A stretch of DNA of 64,000 nucleotides, from assembly GCA_963741705.1 (NCBI GenBank), contig CAVUJE010000008.1:12342-76341 (forward strand), given 5' to 3'. Shown here piece by piece: positions 53,417 through 63,020 of this stretch. A program made the translations under genes and the position numbers. Below the pieces are notes generated by a model. The model made no database searches, had not been told where the DNA came from, and worked only from the letters and a program-made list of their open reading frames with translations. Position 1 is the first letter of the stretch, and each line of letters opens with the position of its first letter. The stretch comes from an uncultured Chitinophagaceae bacterium (GTDB taxonomy: Bacteria; Bacteroidota; Bacteroidia; Chitinophagales; Chitinophagaceae).

Positions 53417-53587
53417 CTGTAGGGGAAGGGCTCGAACCTTCACGAGGCAGTTAGCCGTAGCACAAAGTTTGAGTGGTCGACCCTGGTCGTTCCGATTTTA
53501 GTCGGAACGGCTCTATGCTATGTTTATCCTGTGATCCTCACCCCCGAGACAAGAGGGCATGTCTGCCAAAAATTTCATCACCCCACA
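53417..53587 (-). ncRNA. tRNA-like RNA (GUC anticodon) with 99-nt structured variable arm
   Basis: Manual fold: acceptor TGTGGGG/CCCTACA + G; D arm ATG..TGGCAGA..CAT; anticodon arm CCCTC-TTGTCTC-GGGGG; T arm GAAGG-TTCGAGC-CCTTC. Confidence 0.8.
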
Positions 53588-53609
53588 ATGTTTAAGAACT
53601 AATCTGATG

Positions 53610-53631
53610 CAAATCTAAGATAAGTATCTTA
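53610..53631 (-). promoter_or_regulatory. Promoter -7 element and overlapping palindrome for the tRNA-like RNA
   Basis: TAGATTTG (minus, 53610-53617) and TAAGATA-AG-TATCTTA inverted repeat (53616-53631). Confidence 0.6.
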
Positions 53632-53726
53632 AATAGAAAAGTTTTTTAAGGAAGTTTAAAAAAATATAGAGTTTGTTCAATAAATACCCTATTTTCGTAA
53701 TTAATATCTAAATTTAAAAGTGAATT

Positions 53727-54203
53727 ATGGCTACCAAATTTAATATTGACAAGCTTGATTTGAAAATAATTCAGGAAATGCTCGAAAATGCCGAAATGCC
53801 TTACGCCGAATTAGGTAAAAAACTTTTTGTAAGCGGCGGCACAATCCACGTCCGTATCAAAAAGCTTGAAGAACTCGGTATTGTTAAAGGTAAAAAATTA
53901 AAAGTAAACCTGGGCCTGCTTGGATATGATATTACAGCGTTTGTTGGTATTTTTTTGGAGAAAAGCTCTCTTTATGATTCTGTGGCCACTGAACTGGAAA
54001 AAATTCCTGAGATTATCAGGCTGAATTATACTACAGGAAATTATAGTATGTATCTTGAAATCGTATGCAAAGATATAAGCCAGCTTCGCAAAGTATTGCA
54101 CGATAATCTGCAAAAAATAAAAGGAATAGAACGCACGGAAACTTTAATATCGCTTTCAGAAAGTTTCAACAGGAGTGTTCAGGTAATTGATCCGGAAGAT
54201 TAA
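53727..54203 (+). CDS. Lrp/AsnC family transcriptional regulator
   Basis: IDKLDLKII..NAEMPYAELGKKLFVSGGTIHVR HTH; TTGNYS, ERTETLISL. Confidence 0.92.
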   Translation: MATKFNIDKLDLKIIQEMLENAEMPYAELGKKLFVSGGTIHVRIKKLEELGIVKGKKLKVNLGLLGYDITAFVGIFLEKSSLYDSVATELEKIPEIIRLNYTTGNYSMYLEIVCKDISQLRKVLHDNLQKIKGIERTETLISLSESFNRSVQVIDPED

Positions 54204-54280
54204 TTGCTTTCCGGTAAACCAACCTGCCTAACGTTAGCTTGATAAATAAACTCAATTTTTATTTTCTTTAAATATTATTT

Positions 54281-54805
54281 ATGTCATTCAATTATCTGGA
54301 AAGTGCCAAAAAGTATTTTGACCAACAAAGAAGTCTTGGCGATAAAACCATTTCCCAATTAAGTGAAGAGAATTTACTATGGCAATACAATGAAAACAGT
54401 AACAGTATAGGCATCATTGTTCAGCATTTGTGGGGCAATATGCTTTCGAGATGGACCAATTTTCTAACAGAGGATGGAGAAAAAGCCTGGCGTGACCGCG
54501 ATAATGAATTTGAAAGCATGATAAGTTCAAAAGATGAGCTTATTCAAAAATGGAATGCCGGCTGGAATTGCGTTTTTGATGCTTTAAATTCTTTAAAGGA
54601 AGAAGATCTTTCCAAAACCATCTATATTCGGAATGAACCTCACAATGCGGGAGATGCTATCAGCCGGCAACTGGCGCATTATTCCAATCATGTGGGGCAA
54701 ATCGTATATATAGGAAAAATGTGCTTGAACGAAAATTGGAATTCTCTTTCCATTCCAAAAGGGAATTCAAAAGACTTTAATAAAAAAATGATGGGTGAAA
54801 AGTAA
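54281..54805 (+). CDS. DUF1572 (DinB superfamily) protein
   Basis: SNSIGIIVQHLWGNMLSRWTNFLTEDGEK.WR.RD.EF, HYSNHVGQI. Confidence 0.9.
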   Translation: MSFNYLESAKKYFDQQRSLGDKTISQLSEENLLWQYNENSNSIGIIVQHLWGNMLSRWTNFLTEDGEKAWRDRDNEFESMISSKDELIQKWNAGWNCVFDALNSLKEEDLSKTIYIRNEPHNAGDAISRQLAHYSNHVGQIVYIGKMCLNENWNSLSIPKGNSKDFNKKMMGEK

Positions 54806-54808
54806 GTT

Positions 54809-55504
54809 TTATAAAATTGCTTCTAACTCCTTTAATTTGCTGATTGTATAAGTAGGCTGTGTGCCGCACTTGCCATTTGTATAATTCACAAAAACAGCAT
54901 CCATTCCGGCCTTTATTGCACCTGAGATATCAGCTTCAGGATTGTCGCCAATCATAATCGCGTCTTCATTTTTACATTTTGCTTTATTCAAAGCAAACTC
55001 AAAAATTTCTTTCTTTGGCTTAACAGAATTGGAACATTCGGAAGTGACTATGTGAGTGAAATATTTTAAAAGATCAGAACTGTTTAGCTTCAGTCTTTGC
55101 GTTTTTTCAAAACCGTTAGTAATAAGATGAAGTGAATATTTTTTTTCAGTCAGGTATTCAAGTATTTCATAAGTATAATCAAAAACACGTTTTTTGGTAG
55201 GAAGGATTTCCAGGAAAAATTCGCTCATGTCTTTTGCGAGCTTTTCATCAGCAATATGGAAATCAAGCAATGTACGCCACATTCTTCTCCATTTTAATTC
55301 TTCTACAGAAATATATCCTTTTTCATACCGGCTCCAGAGTATTTTGTTGTGATTCAAATAAATATGGTAAAACTGGCTGAAAGACCCGATAGCTTTTGAT
55401 TCCAGGTTAAAAAAATCGTACAGTTCTGCCAACGATTCCTTCGCATTGGCATCAAAATCCCAAAGCGTATGGTCAAGATCAAAAAAAATGTGTTTATATT
55501 TCAA
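54809..55504 (-). CDS. YjjG family noncanonical pyrimidine nucleotidase (HAD)
   Basis: FFDLDHTLWDF, ITNGF, KP, MIGDNPEADI. Confidence 0.9.
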   Translation of the reverse strand: MKYKHIFFDLDHTLWDFDANAKESLAELYDFFNLESKAIGSFSQFYHIYLNHNKILWSRYEKGYISVEELKWRRMWRTLLDFHIADEKLAKDMSEFFLEILPTKKRVFDYTYEILEYLTEKKYSLHLITNGFEKTQRLKLNSSDLLKYFTHIVTSECSNSVKPKKEIFEFALNKAKCKNEDAIMIGDNPEADISGAIKAGMDAVFVNYTNGKCGTQPTYTISKLKELEAIL

Positions 55505-55577
55505 CTAATCTAAATTTTAAAAAATGCCGGATTAAGATTCTTTAGATTTGCCCGGTAGATAAAAACGAATTATAAAT

Positions 55578-56280
55578 ATGAATATTGTAATCACCGGCGG
55601 CAGCAAAGGTATGGGAAAAGCAATGGCTGAAAAATTTGCCTCCGCTAAAAACAATATTTTCATCTGTTCAAGGACTGAAAAAGAGCTTGCAGAAACTGCG
55701 AAAGAGTTAAACAATAAGTATAATAATTCGGTTCAATATTTTGCTGCTGATCTTTCAAAAAAAGAAGAGGTTTTAAAATTTGCCCGATGGCTCTCAGATA
55801 AAAAAACTGTGATCGACGTATTAATAAATAACGCAGGCCTTTTTGTTCCCGGAAGTGTTTATAACGAGCCGGAAGGCAACCTTGAACAAATGATACAGGT
55901 TAATTTATATTCTGCTTATCATTTAACAAGAGCTTTACTTCCCCAAATGATTAAAAATAAATCAGGGCATATATTTAATATGTGTTCCATTGCTTCTTTG
56001 AAAGCGTATGCAAATGGCGGTTCTTACAGCATCAGCAAATTTGCTTTAATGGGTTTTAGTAAAAACCTGAGAGAAGAGATGAAGCCATACTTATATAAAA
56101 GTAACTGCAGTTTATCCCGGTGCGGTTTACACTTCCTCCTGGGAGGGCGCAGGTTTTGAACCACAAAGATTAATAGAGGCAAATGATATTGCGGATTTGG
56201 TTTTTGCGGCTTCGCAACTTTCGCCGCAGGCGTGTGTTGAAGATATTGTAATCCGCCCTGTTTTAGGAGATTTACCTTAA
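55578..56280 (+). CDS. SDR oxidoreductase (indel near 56090)
   Basis: TGGSKGMG, NNAG, YSISK; shifted frame IKVTAVYPGAVYTSSW...IRPVLGDLP* ends at 56280. Confidence 0.85.
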
Positions 56281-56365
56281 CGAACTTTTTAACACGTAAT
56301 GTTTCTATTAACCTTTTTTTAAATTCAATTCCTCCTACTTTTGTAACTCATCTTTTGCTGAAAAA

Positions 56366-58296
56366 ATGATACCATTTTTACAATCAAAATTTAAAATTAA
56401 TTTCCTTTTTTTTATTATTTCTTCCAGCGCTTTTTATTGCAAAAAATTCTGAGGCGCAAATAAAATTCAGCGTGGTGTGCCCGCAAAAAAAGATTGGGAA
56501 AGATGATGTATTGCAAATAAAATTTAAAGTAGCAAACGCCGGTTCTGTTGAAAGCATTAATCCGCCGGCTTTTAAAAATTTTACGATTGTTTCAGGCCCC
56601 AACCAGGAAAGCAGCCAATCCAATATTAATGGAAAGATAAGCGGTTATGTAGCTTTGGGCTATACGTTGGCTCCGACAGGTACGGGCAAATTTACAATTG
56701 GCCCCGCTACTGCGGTTGCCGATGGGCAACACCTTACTACAAATCCAATTACTATACAAGTGGTAAATGGCTCTGTCGCCCAATCTCAACCTAATAAACC
56801 GCAACAAAATTTACCTCCTTTCCCCAATTTGAATTTTGATTTTCCTTCGGCACCGGCTACTCATCAATTTGATGATTATATTTTAAAGCCCAATGAAAAT
56901 GTGGAAGAAAAAACGGCAAAGAATTTATTTATAAAATTAAATGTAAATAAAAAAACCTGCTATGTTGGGGAACCCATCGTAGCGACTTACCAGCTTTATA
57001 CCAGGCTGCCTTCTGAAACCACAATAACCGATGTTCCTTCTTTTAACGGGTTTTCTGTAAATGATTTGGATATAAATAGTAATTCAACTCTTCAGAAATA
57101 TAATGGACGAATGTATAATGTTTACAACATTCGTAAAGTAGAACTGTATCCTTTGCAATCGGGAGATATTACTCTTGGGTTCGATGACTTCATCCAATAA
57201 AGTAACGTTTGTAAAATCGGCATATCTTAACCGAAGAAACAATGGAGGATTTTTTGATATGTTCCAGAATTTCGGACAGGATGCCATTCCGCCGGAAGGC
57301 CTGGTTGAAAAAAATGTAATCTTAAAATCTCCTCCTGAAGTAATAACTGTCAAACCTTTGCCTGATGAAAATAAACCTGCAGATTTTCGGGGAGCAGTTG
57401 GTGATTTTACGCTTGCTGCTTCTTTGGAAAAAGATAAGTTTACCACTGATGATGCGGGAACCTTAAAGCTCACAATAACCGGGAAAGGAAATATCCAGCT
57501 TGTGAATGCCCCTGTTATTCACTGGCCAAAAGGGATCGACGGATATGATGCAAAAGTTAAAGATAATGTTGACAGGAAGCAGGTGCCCATGCAGGGAAGC
57601 AAAACATTTTCTTATCCCTTTACTGTTTCAAAGCCCGGAAAATATAATATTGATTCCATTGCGTTTTCTTATTTTGATCCTGATTCTTCTACCTACAAAA
57701 CCCTTTACACAAATGGCTTGCAGGTGACAGTGTCGAAAGGAAAAGGCATTTCGCGCAATTCGGTTTCAGGGAACTCAGACTCCAGCCAGTTTATTTCAAC
57801 CAGGACAGAAATAATCGCAGGAATAGTTTTGGTGGCGTTAGTCGTTTTAGTTATTCTTTTTGTGCTTATGAAAAGAAATAAAAATAAAGACGACCTTGAA
57901 AAAAATATAGAAACAGACGATTTGGAAAATGAAGCAGCGCCGGCAGTAATTGAAAAAGAAAAACAACCCTTCGTTATTCCTGAAAACCCTTTAATAGCCG
58001 CTCATGAAAAACTTATCTCCCGCGACAGCGCAGGATTTTATCATTCTTTGGATGCTTCTTTAAGAAAGTATCTTTCCATAAAATTTAAAGTCCCTGAAAG
58101 TGAATTATCCAAAAAGCGAGTGAATGAAGAGTTGGATAAATGTAATGTAAGCCTGAACACTTCGCTTATGCTAACGTCTTTGATGGACGAAATTGAAATT
58201 AATTTATATGCGCCTGCTTCCAATGTTAACCAGCTAAATTCTGTTTTTGAAAAAGCATCTGAAGTGGTTTCGTTGCTGGATAAGCAGGTGTGCTAA
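56366..58296 (+). CDS. BatD family protein (split by indels)
   Basis: SGPNQ..S.SNING, GKFTIGPAT, YVGEPI, FRGAVGDF, GKGNI, FSYFDP, C-terminal TM helix; ORFs 56472-57200 and 57175-58296 plus a signal peptide from ATG 56366. Confidence 0.85.
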
Positions 58297-58525
58297 AAGT
58301 ATTTTCTTTTGAATAAAAATTCCACTTATTTGCTGGTTTACTATCCCGCTTTCGCCTTTTGATGTAGTAATCATCTATGCTATTGATGAAACCATTATTC
58401 TTTCTGAAATTTATGATAGTGTGGGGATTGCAGAACAGGCAAATATTTATTGATAAAATTATAAAAGTGGTGTATTTTGCCAGCAAGATCTTTGTATTCA
58501 ATATGACTTTTCCACAAAACATAGT

Positions 58526-59827
58526 ATGATAGCAAAAAAATTATTTATTGTAACTGCTTCTTGTTTTCTGGTTGTTGCAGCCATAGCGCAATCTTCAGCC
58601 ACCACCGATACGAAACCGGTAAAGGTAGAAATCAAAAAAGTTGGCAATCATTTTCAATTGCTGCGGAATGGGCAGTCCTATTTTGTAAAAGGTGCCGGAG
58701 GCAGTGCCTTTCCTGATCGAATCGCTGCTTATGGTGGCAATTCCATACGAACCTGGGGAAGCCGCGACGGGCAAAAAGTACTTGATTCAGCTCAAAAATA
58801 CGGCCTTACTGTTTTGATGGGCCTTGATGTAGCCCGTGAACGGCATGGCTTTGATTACGATGATGCGGCTGCAGTGAAAAAGCAATTAGAAAAATTACGG
58901 GTAGAAGTTTTAAAATACAGAAACAATCCGGCTTTACTTGCCTGGGGCATAGGCAATGAGCTAAACCTGCAATATAAAAATCCAAATGTTTGGGATGCAG
59001 TGAATGACATCTCAAAAATGATTCATCAGCTGGATCCGAACCATCCTACTTGTACCGTATTAGCCGGAGTTAATAAAGAACTGGCAGATTATATAAAGCA
59101 AAAATGCCCTGATATTGATTTCCTGGGCATCAATACGTATGCGGATTTACCCAGGCTTCCGAAAACGCTTGCGGGTGCCGGGTGGGACGGCCCATATATG
59201 GTAACAGAGTGGGGGCCAACCGGCCACTGGGAAGGACTTTCAACGGAATGGAAATCCCCGATAGAAGAAACAAGCAGCGAAAAAGCCGCGGTGTATAAAA
59301 GCCGCTATGAAAACTCGATAGAAACAGATAAGGGCAAATGTCTTGGCTCGTATGTTTTTCTCTGGGGACAAAAGCAGGAACGTACGCCGACGTGGTATGG
59401 CTTATTTACAGAAAAAGGCGAAGAGAACGAAGTTGTGGATGTGATGCAGTTTTTGTGGAGCGGAACATGGCCCGCCAATAAAGCGCCACATATTTATTCC
59501 TTACAGATAGAACGTAAAAAAGCATTGGAAAATGTGTATCTGAAGCCCGGCAATAGTTACCCTGTGTTGGCAGTAGCATCAGATCCGGATTGTGATCATC
59601 TTTCCTATCGCTGGGAGCTTTTGCCTGAGCCAACAAAAGTAGGCCAGGGTGGTGATTTTGAAGCGAGGCCCACTCCGGTAGAAAATGCAATATCAGAAAC
59701 AGCTAATAATGGAAAAGCTACCTTGAAAGCACCCGAAAAAGGAGGTGCTTACCGCTTGTTTGTTTACATTTCGGATGGAAACAATAATGTAGCAACTGCT
59801 AACCTGCCTTTTTATGTAAAAGAGTAA
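58526..59827 (+). CDS. Glycoside hydrolase family 2 TIM-barrel-like protein
   Basis: Signal peptide; GGNSIRTW, WGIGNEL, MVTEWGP (GH-A clan catalytic Glu pair), WGQKQERTPTW. Confidence 0.85.
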   Translation: MIAKKLFIVTASCFLVVAAIAQSSATTDTKPVKVEIKKVGNHFQLLRNGQSYFVKGAGGSAFPDRIAAYGGNSIRTWGSRDGQKVLDSAQKYGLTVLMGLDVARERHGFDYDDAAAVKKQLEKLRVEVLKYRNNPALLAWGIGNELNLQYKNPNVWDAVNDISKMIHQLDPNHPTCTVLAGVNKELADYIKQKCPDIDFLGINTYADLPRLPKTLAGAGWDGPYMVTEWGPTGHWEGLSTEWKSPIEETSSEKAAVYKSRYENSIETDKGKCLGSYVFLWGQKQERTPTWYGLFTEKGEENEVVDVMQFLWSGTWPANKAPHIYSLQIERKKALENVYLKPGNSYPVLAVASDPDCDHLSYRWELLPEPTKVGQGGDFEARPTPVENAISETANNGKATLKAPEKGGAYRLFVYISDGNNNVATANLPFYVKE

Positions 59828-60198
59828 ATTAATCCAATCGGGTAGTCCGATGAAGTCGAAAGTTTTGCTGCTTACATAAAAAATATTTCGGCTTCTATCC
59901 AGAATTATCAACCTCTTGATGCCAGATGAATCTTTACACAGGAAAGAAAAAAAGTTTAGCAATCGGCAGAAAGAAAATATAACCCGGAGTTTAGTTTGCC
60001 ATTTTTTATTTTATACCAGGGCTACCAAAAAGAATCAAAGAAATTTCATGGGTGAAGCTTCACTTCAACCAGTAAACCAACATTTAATCCTGATTTTTAT
60101 TTTGAGTTGATATTTTATTTCAGGAATGATTACCATTTGAAAAATCCTAAAACATAACTGTATTTTTTTCAATTATTTAAGTGATATTTTCCAGCGTT

Positions 60199-60240
60199 AC
60201 AGGACAGTACAGGATGCGAAAACAGGATGGTGCAGGACGC
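60199..60240 (+). promoter_or_regulatory. Direct-repeat operator candidate upstream of SusC-like gene
   Basis: CAGGA at 60200, 60210, 60223, 60233: ACAGGACAGTACAGGATGC / ACAGGATGGTGCAGGACGC, 23-bp period. Confidence 0.5.
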
Positions 60241-60309
60241 AATCCATTTTTTATCAGGTGATATTTACACAATCACAATATTTATTCGCTGGTTTAAAAA
60301 TTGCTTTTT

Positions 60310-60430
60310 ATGAAGAAAAATTATCCTTTTTTAAAAAATCGTGTATGGCTGTTTTTGCTAATTGTTTTTTGCAACATCGGTGGCCTGAAAGCTCAAAATA
60401 ATTCAGGCACTATTACGGGGAAAGTATCAG
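60310..60430 (+). CDS. N-terminus of SusC/TonB-dependent receptor-like protein, cut by the junction
   Basis: MKKNYPFLKNRVWLFLLIVFCNIGGLKAQNNSGTITGKVS: signal peptide plus the ITGKV start of a carboxypeptidase-regulatory-like domain. Confidence 0.55.
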
Positions 60431-61072
60431 CCCCCGGAGCGGAACAGGTGCAGGAAGTTTTCGGCCAGGGACCGTTTCTGTCGGGTTCACCAGGATGACT
60501 CTTTGCCCGCGATACTTGTACTGCATGGAGTGGAAGGCGTAGGCGACGAGCGCGGGGAATTTCGCGATCAGGTCGATGCTGTGGCGCGTGACGTCCTCGA
60601 TGGCGGTGGAGTCGGGCGCGGAATCCTCGCCGTACAGGTTGCACACGGCGATCTGCAGCGAGTTCATCATGTTGTTGTTGACGATGGTCGACAGGTCGTT
60701 GCGGAACCGGACGGGAAGGGAGCGCCGTTCGCGCATGTAGGCGCTGAAGCGGGCGAGCTGTTCGCGGGTGGGCAGGGCGCCGGTGAGCAGCAGAAAGGCG
60801 GTTTCCTCGTAGCCGAAGCCGTTGCGGTGCGCGCCTGCCAGATCGCGGATGTCGATGCCGCAGTAGTAGAGTTCGCCCTCGGCGTCGGTTTTGCGGCCTT
60901 CGGCGTCCTTGGTGTAGGAGACGACATTGCCCTTGCCCGTGAGACCCACGATGACGCCGGGAGCCGTCCCTCATTCCGGAGGCCGAGTTGAGTTGTGTTT
61001 CTTGATGAACGCGGGGTCGGGCTTGTCGCGTCGCTGGATAATGGCGCTCAGTTCGTTCAGAATGTCGGACAT
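60430..61072 (-). CDS. Citrate/2-methylcitrate synthase, N-terminal part (indels; truncated at junction)
   Basis: GAGGA RBS, MSDILNEL; GLRN..G.GVIVGLT, EGELYYCGIDIRDL, GYEETAFLLLTGALPT, LIAKFPALVAY, SLAENFLHL. Confidence 0.85.
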
Positions 61073-61372
61073 CGCATCCTCGGCGTTAAAGGGTTTAGGG
61101 GCGGCATTATACAAGGAGGCGGCAGGGGCGTCCATTCCGTTTTTCGGGAAGGAGGGGATAAGCATAGCGGATAGCGGGATAAGAATATGCCATTCTCCGC
61201 TAGTATCCACCATGTTGCATGGCTTGACGCATCGCTTTTGTTGTCTTATTCATTCAAGGATTATCCGGAAGCCGTTTATCCCTTCGGCTCGTCCTTCCTT
61301 TCCCCTTTGCCGCTGCCTCGCCCGCTATACTCGCGCCGTTCAGCCGTCAAGCCTCTTGAGTTGGAACCGCTG

Positions 61373-62217
61373 GGGCGCATTGCAGTTTCGTCGGGGTTCG
61401 TGATGCTTTGAGCGATTTGGCGCTTTCGGGTTTGCGGGGAGATTGTAAACTCCCGTTAATGGAAGCAGGTAGCTTGGAGGGCTAGACTCCGTCGAGCCGC
61501 ATAGCGGGTTTCTTGCGGCTGGTGATGGTGTCGGTTGTGCTGGGTGCGGCGTTCCGGCCGGAATCTGGCGGGCGCTTTTCCGCGCTGAGGGGCTCCCCAA
61601 AACAAACAGGCAAAACCAATGGTGGTTTTAGCCTTGTTTGTTTTGCGCCTGGGGGAGCCGGGACCACCATTCTACGTCTCCTCGCCGTCGCCCCTCATCA
61701 TCGGAAAATCGCCTCGCCATATTCCGGCTGACGGAACGCCGCACCCCGAACGCCTCGCGCGCCCGCGGCTCTGTCGAGCACGCTCGGGCGGCGCGCGACT
61801 TCGGTTCCCGAAGAGCCGCCCACTAATTTTGAGCAAGAAATCCCCGGCCCCGGGAAGCGCCAGTGATTTTTGAAGATGCATTAATCCTTTTGGACGGATG
61901 GCGAGGTCTTGCCGGGGCGAACTCTACGGAACTTCTGGGAAGGCGGTCGGTCGAAAAATTCAATGAATGGACTATAAGCAAGCAAAATCCATGGGCCAAC
62001 CTCTCGGTTCAGGAGCCATCGAGTCCACATGCTCTCAGTACCAGGGCCGATTTAAGCTTCGTGGCCAGTTCTGGAGCCTGGAAGGAGACGAGGCCCTCCT
62101 TGCTCTTGCCACGCTTCATCTCAACGATCGTTGGAATCGCCTCTTCCCTCACGATCAATCCAATTGAGCAGTATCATGGGCAGTCAAGATGAACCCCGAC
62201 GAAACTGCAATGCGCCC
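61373..62217. mobile_element. Internally deleted IS (ISKra4/ISLre2-like), non-autonomous
   Basis: Perfect 27-bp terminal IRs GGGCGCATTGCAGTTTCGTCGGGGTTC; flanks GAACCGCTG / GAACCACTG; transposase C-terminal remnant inside. Confidence 0.85.
61967..62167 (+). pseudogene. Transposase C-terminal fragment
   Basis: MDY......GQPLGSGAIESTC..YQGRFKLRGQFWS motif of ISKra4/ISLre2 (UPF0236)-type DDE transposases. Confidence 0.8.
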
Positions 62218-62278
62218 GAACCACTGGGGGTTCCTTCGCGGTCGGAGGTGGTTATTTTTTTAATACTGGAGAACTATT

Positions 62279-62894
62279 ATGAAGTTTTGTGCCGTTATCC
62301 TTATCGTTGCGTTCACGATCTACATGCCGCGGCCTGTCAACACGGAAACGAATATGATAGTCAACCCGAGTTTTGAGGATCCCGCGGTCGACACGTACAG
62401 CGAAACCGTAACGGGCTGGCAGGAAAGCGGTTCCGGCGTGGCTGTTTACGATCAGACTATAACCGGTACGCCGGCCGCTCCTGACGGGGATCAGTGGCTC
62501 TCCGTTTTTGTGGGAGGTACGCGTTGGGTCTGGCAGCATGTGGGACGATGACGTCGGAAAACCTACCCCTTTCATGCGCCTTTGGATTCAAAAAGAATGA
62601 TCCGGTGCCGGAACCATTCGAGGTGGGGCTTTACACGGATGACGCGGACAGCAACAAACCGGACATTCTGCTTTCTCAAATCACCGAGGCGGATGTCGCT
62701 GCCGGCCGGGGCCCATCATGACGAATGTGATGCTGACGTACCACGCCACCAATCCCGCCGTGGTGGGGCAGGACTTGTTCGTTTACCTTGCCGCCGTCAG
62801 CACCAACAGGGATAGTAAGCGCCTTTTCTTCGATAACCTGGTTCTAACCACTGAGCCAAGTCCGGATCAGGGCACGCTTATTTTCATCAGGTAG
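62279..62894 (+). CDS. Secreted hypothetical protein (multiple indels) ending PSPDQGTLIFIR
   Basis: Signal-like N-terminus, IVNPSFEDP..TGW CBM-like start, FFDNLVL, terminal GTLIFIR* at 62894. Confidence 0.55.
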
Positions 62895-63020
62895 AAGTAT
62901 ATCCGATCGACCAGGACGGCAACGTCTCTCCCGCCTTAAGTAAGGGCTATTCCAGTCTGGGCCCGATGGGTCGTCCCGTCTTCTGAGTTAGAATCCCATT
63001 ATGAAAACACGGCGCCATGC

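Noticed and set aside
53417-53587. tmRNA, tRNA-Sec or group I intron-containing tRNA
   Set aside because: Too short for tmRNA and lacks a G3:U70 pair and tag ORF; the anticodon is not UCA and the arms are 7/5; the insert is in the variable arm and far shorter than a group I intron.
60393-61900. Many overlapping Arg/Pro-rich ORFs in the GC-rich segment
   Set aside because: Expected shadow ORFs in high-GC DNA with no recognisable motifs; the real frames are citrate synthase and the transposase remnant.
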